Below are positions 57,518 to 58,597 of a stretch of 58,597 nt of DNA, one piece after another. Every line of letters begins with the position of its first letter. Within the stretch, counting starts at the first letter, position 1. A program made the translations under genes and the position numbers. The stretch is from an uncultured Clostridia bacterium (GTDB lineage Bacteria > Bacillota > Clostridia > JAAYHZ01). Below the pieces are notes generated by a model. That model worked only from the letters and a program-made list of their open reading frames with translations. It searched no databases and was not told the DNA's origin. The stretch lies in contig CALCRE010000079.1 of NCBI GenBank assembly GCA_937894465.1, positions 1-58,597 of the forward strand, given 5' to 3'.

Positions 57518-57930
57518 CGAATGATTAAATCAATTCCTTTTTCATCCATATCCTTTATGTATTCCTCCCTGCAATTACATTGTTCGTGACAATTACAAAT
57601 GACGGCTCCTATGTTGTCCATGATATCATGGCGCAGGGAGTCGTATTTTGTTTTTGCCTTTTTGTATAGTTGCGTATACGAATACACCAAAACTGCCATT
57701 AAAGCTGTGGCAATCAAGGCGATATAGTCCGGAAGGGTCATGTCGGGGAAAAGATGATCAGTGTTTTCAAATGAGGGGAGAAAATGATGATAAAAGTTCA
57801 TAATCCATAAAAAGGGAATGGCAAATGCAATAAAAGCCAAATAAAGTTTTCTTAACATATTGTCCTTTATTCTTTTGAGTTCTATGATTTTTTCACTTTT
57901 TTTCTGCATGATAAAACTAATCTTCCACAT
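57514..57930 (-). CDS. Small two-TM hypothetical protein (possibly DUF2663/YpbF-like)
   Basis: RBS ggag; two TM helices; KKAKTKYDSLRHDI and a Cys-rich CNCHEQCNCR segment. Confidence 0.55.
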   Translation of the reverse strand: MWKISFIMQKKSEKIIELKRIKDNMLRKLYLAFIAFAIPFLWIMNFYHHFLPSFENTDHLFPDMTLPDYIALIATALMAVLVYSYTQLYKKAKTKYDSLRHDIMDNIGAVICNCHEQCNCREEYIKDMDEKGIDLIIR

Positions 57931-58072
57931 GGCAGGCTCCTTGAATACTCCTCTACATTCATTCTATTAGTCAACAATGCCATAAATGACGATATATCAT
58001 CTTTTTTTCTCGGCACAGTCAGGTTGGCCGGTGAATATATGGATAAGGAGAATTAATGAGCAGGTGTGCCAT

Positions 58073-58555
58073 ATGTCGGTGTCAAGTCGATTAAACCAAG
58101 TATTTGAAAATTGTAAACAATTTTGGATCGATGACAAGTCAAAAATCATCTTCTTCAGTGATTGCCATCGCGGTAACAACAGCTGGGCGGATAATTTCGC
58201 TCGCAACCAAAATGTCTATTTTGCTGCAATGCTATATTATTTCACGGAAGGTTTTACTTATATAGAGATTGGTGATGGCGATGAACTATGGGAAAATAGA
58301 AAGTTTCCCGTGATCAGGGAAGCACATAGCCATATTTTTTGGTTGCTTTCAGAATTCTATAAACTCAACCGATTGATCATGATTTATGGAAATCATGATA
58401 TGAATAAGAAAAACAAACGCTTCTTGGAAAAGTGCATGTATGAATATGTTGATGAAAGAACCAATGATAAAAAATCCTTGTTTGTTGGGATTGAGGCTCA
58501 TGAGGGAATCGTATTAAATGTCAGGGGTACGGATCACAAGTTTTATACTGCTTAA
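58073..58555 (+). pseudogene. Calcineurin-like metallophosphoesterase, apparently C-terminally truncated
   Basis: SDCH, GDGDE and GNHD are present; stop occurs before the expected later HGH/GHxH motifs. Confidence 0.5.
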
Positions 58556-58597
58556 TCCTATAAGATCGTAGTAAGTGCTTGATAATTGGTCTCTGTT

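Noticed and set aside
1-58597. Mobile elements, prophage, tRNA/rRNA
   Set aside because: No transposase, integrase or phage genes, terminal repeats or RNA-gene signatures were recognised by eye.

Overview
AT-rich chromosomal segment of a probably spore-forming Clostridia-like bacterium (SLH proteins, LCP, SipW, sigma-G-like promoter). I saw no rRNA, tRNA, CRISPR array or transposase. The main feature is a ~25 kb co-oriented cluster (1403-26592) that looks like a combined biofilm-matrix system. It has (i) a regulatory head: TM/GAF-like/degenerate HD-GYP/Cys-rich protein, a PelA-hydrolase/GH114-like enzyme, and a SARP activator with a degenerate GGDEF domain that keeps its RxxD I-site, followed by SARP-type 11-bp-period repeats; (ii) SipW plus four SipW-signal TasA/CalY-like proteins, one carrying an apparently circularly permuted Cys-Gln thioester (TED) adhesin domain; (iii) PelF-TPR and PelG-like genes without recognisable PelD/PelE; (iv) a GacI/J/K/L-like lipid-carrier decoration module (GT2, DUF2304, two GT-C-like proteins, MurJ-like flippase), an ATP-grasp enzyme and a deacetylase; and (v) a terminal intact HD-GYP phosphodiesterase. 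A second c-di-GMP module at 41.5-43.6 kb has a c-di-GMP-I riboswitch controlling an XRE regulator, divergent from a catalytically dead FliI-like protein whose promoter carries a perfect 13-bp inverted repeat. The rest is housekeeping or surface-related: xpaC-telA, nfo, SBP, coat protein, aminotransferase, PAS-GGDEF-HD-GYP, LCP, GH2, SLH pair plus O-antigen ligase-like gene, URO-D family, galactokinase-like, VanZ, GGT, LoaP-like and MATE. All calls come from reading motifs by eye; no searches were run.
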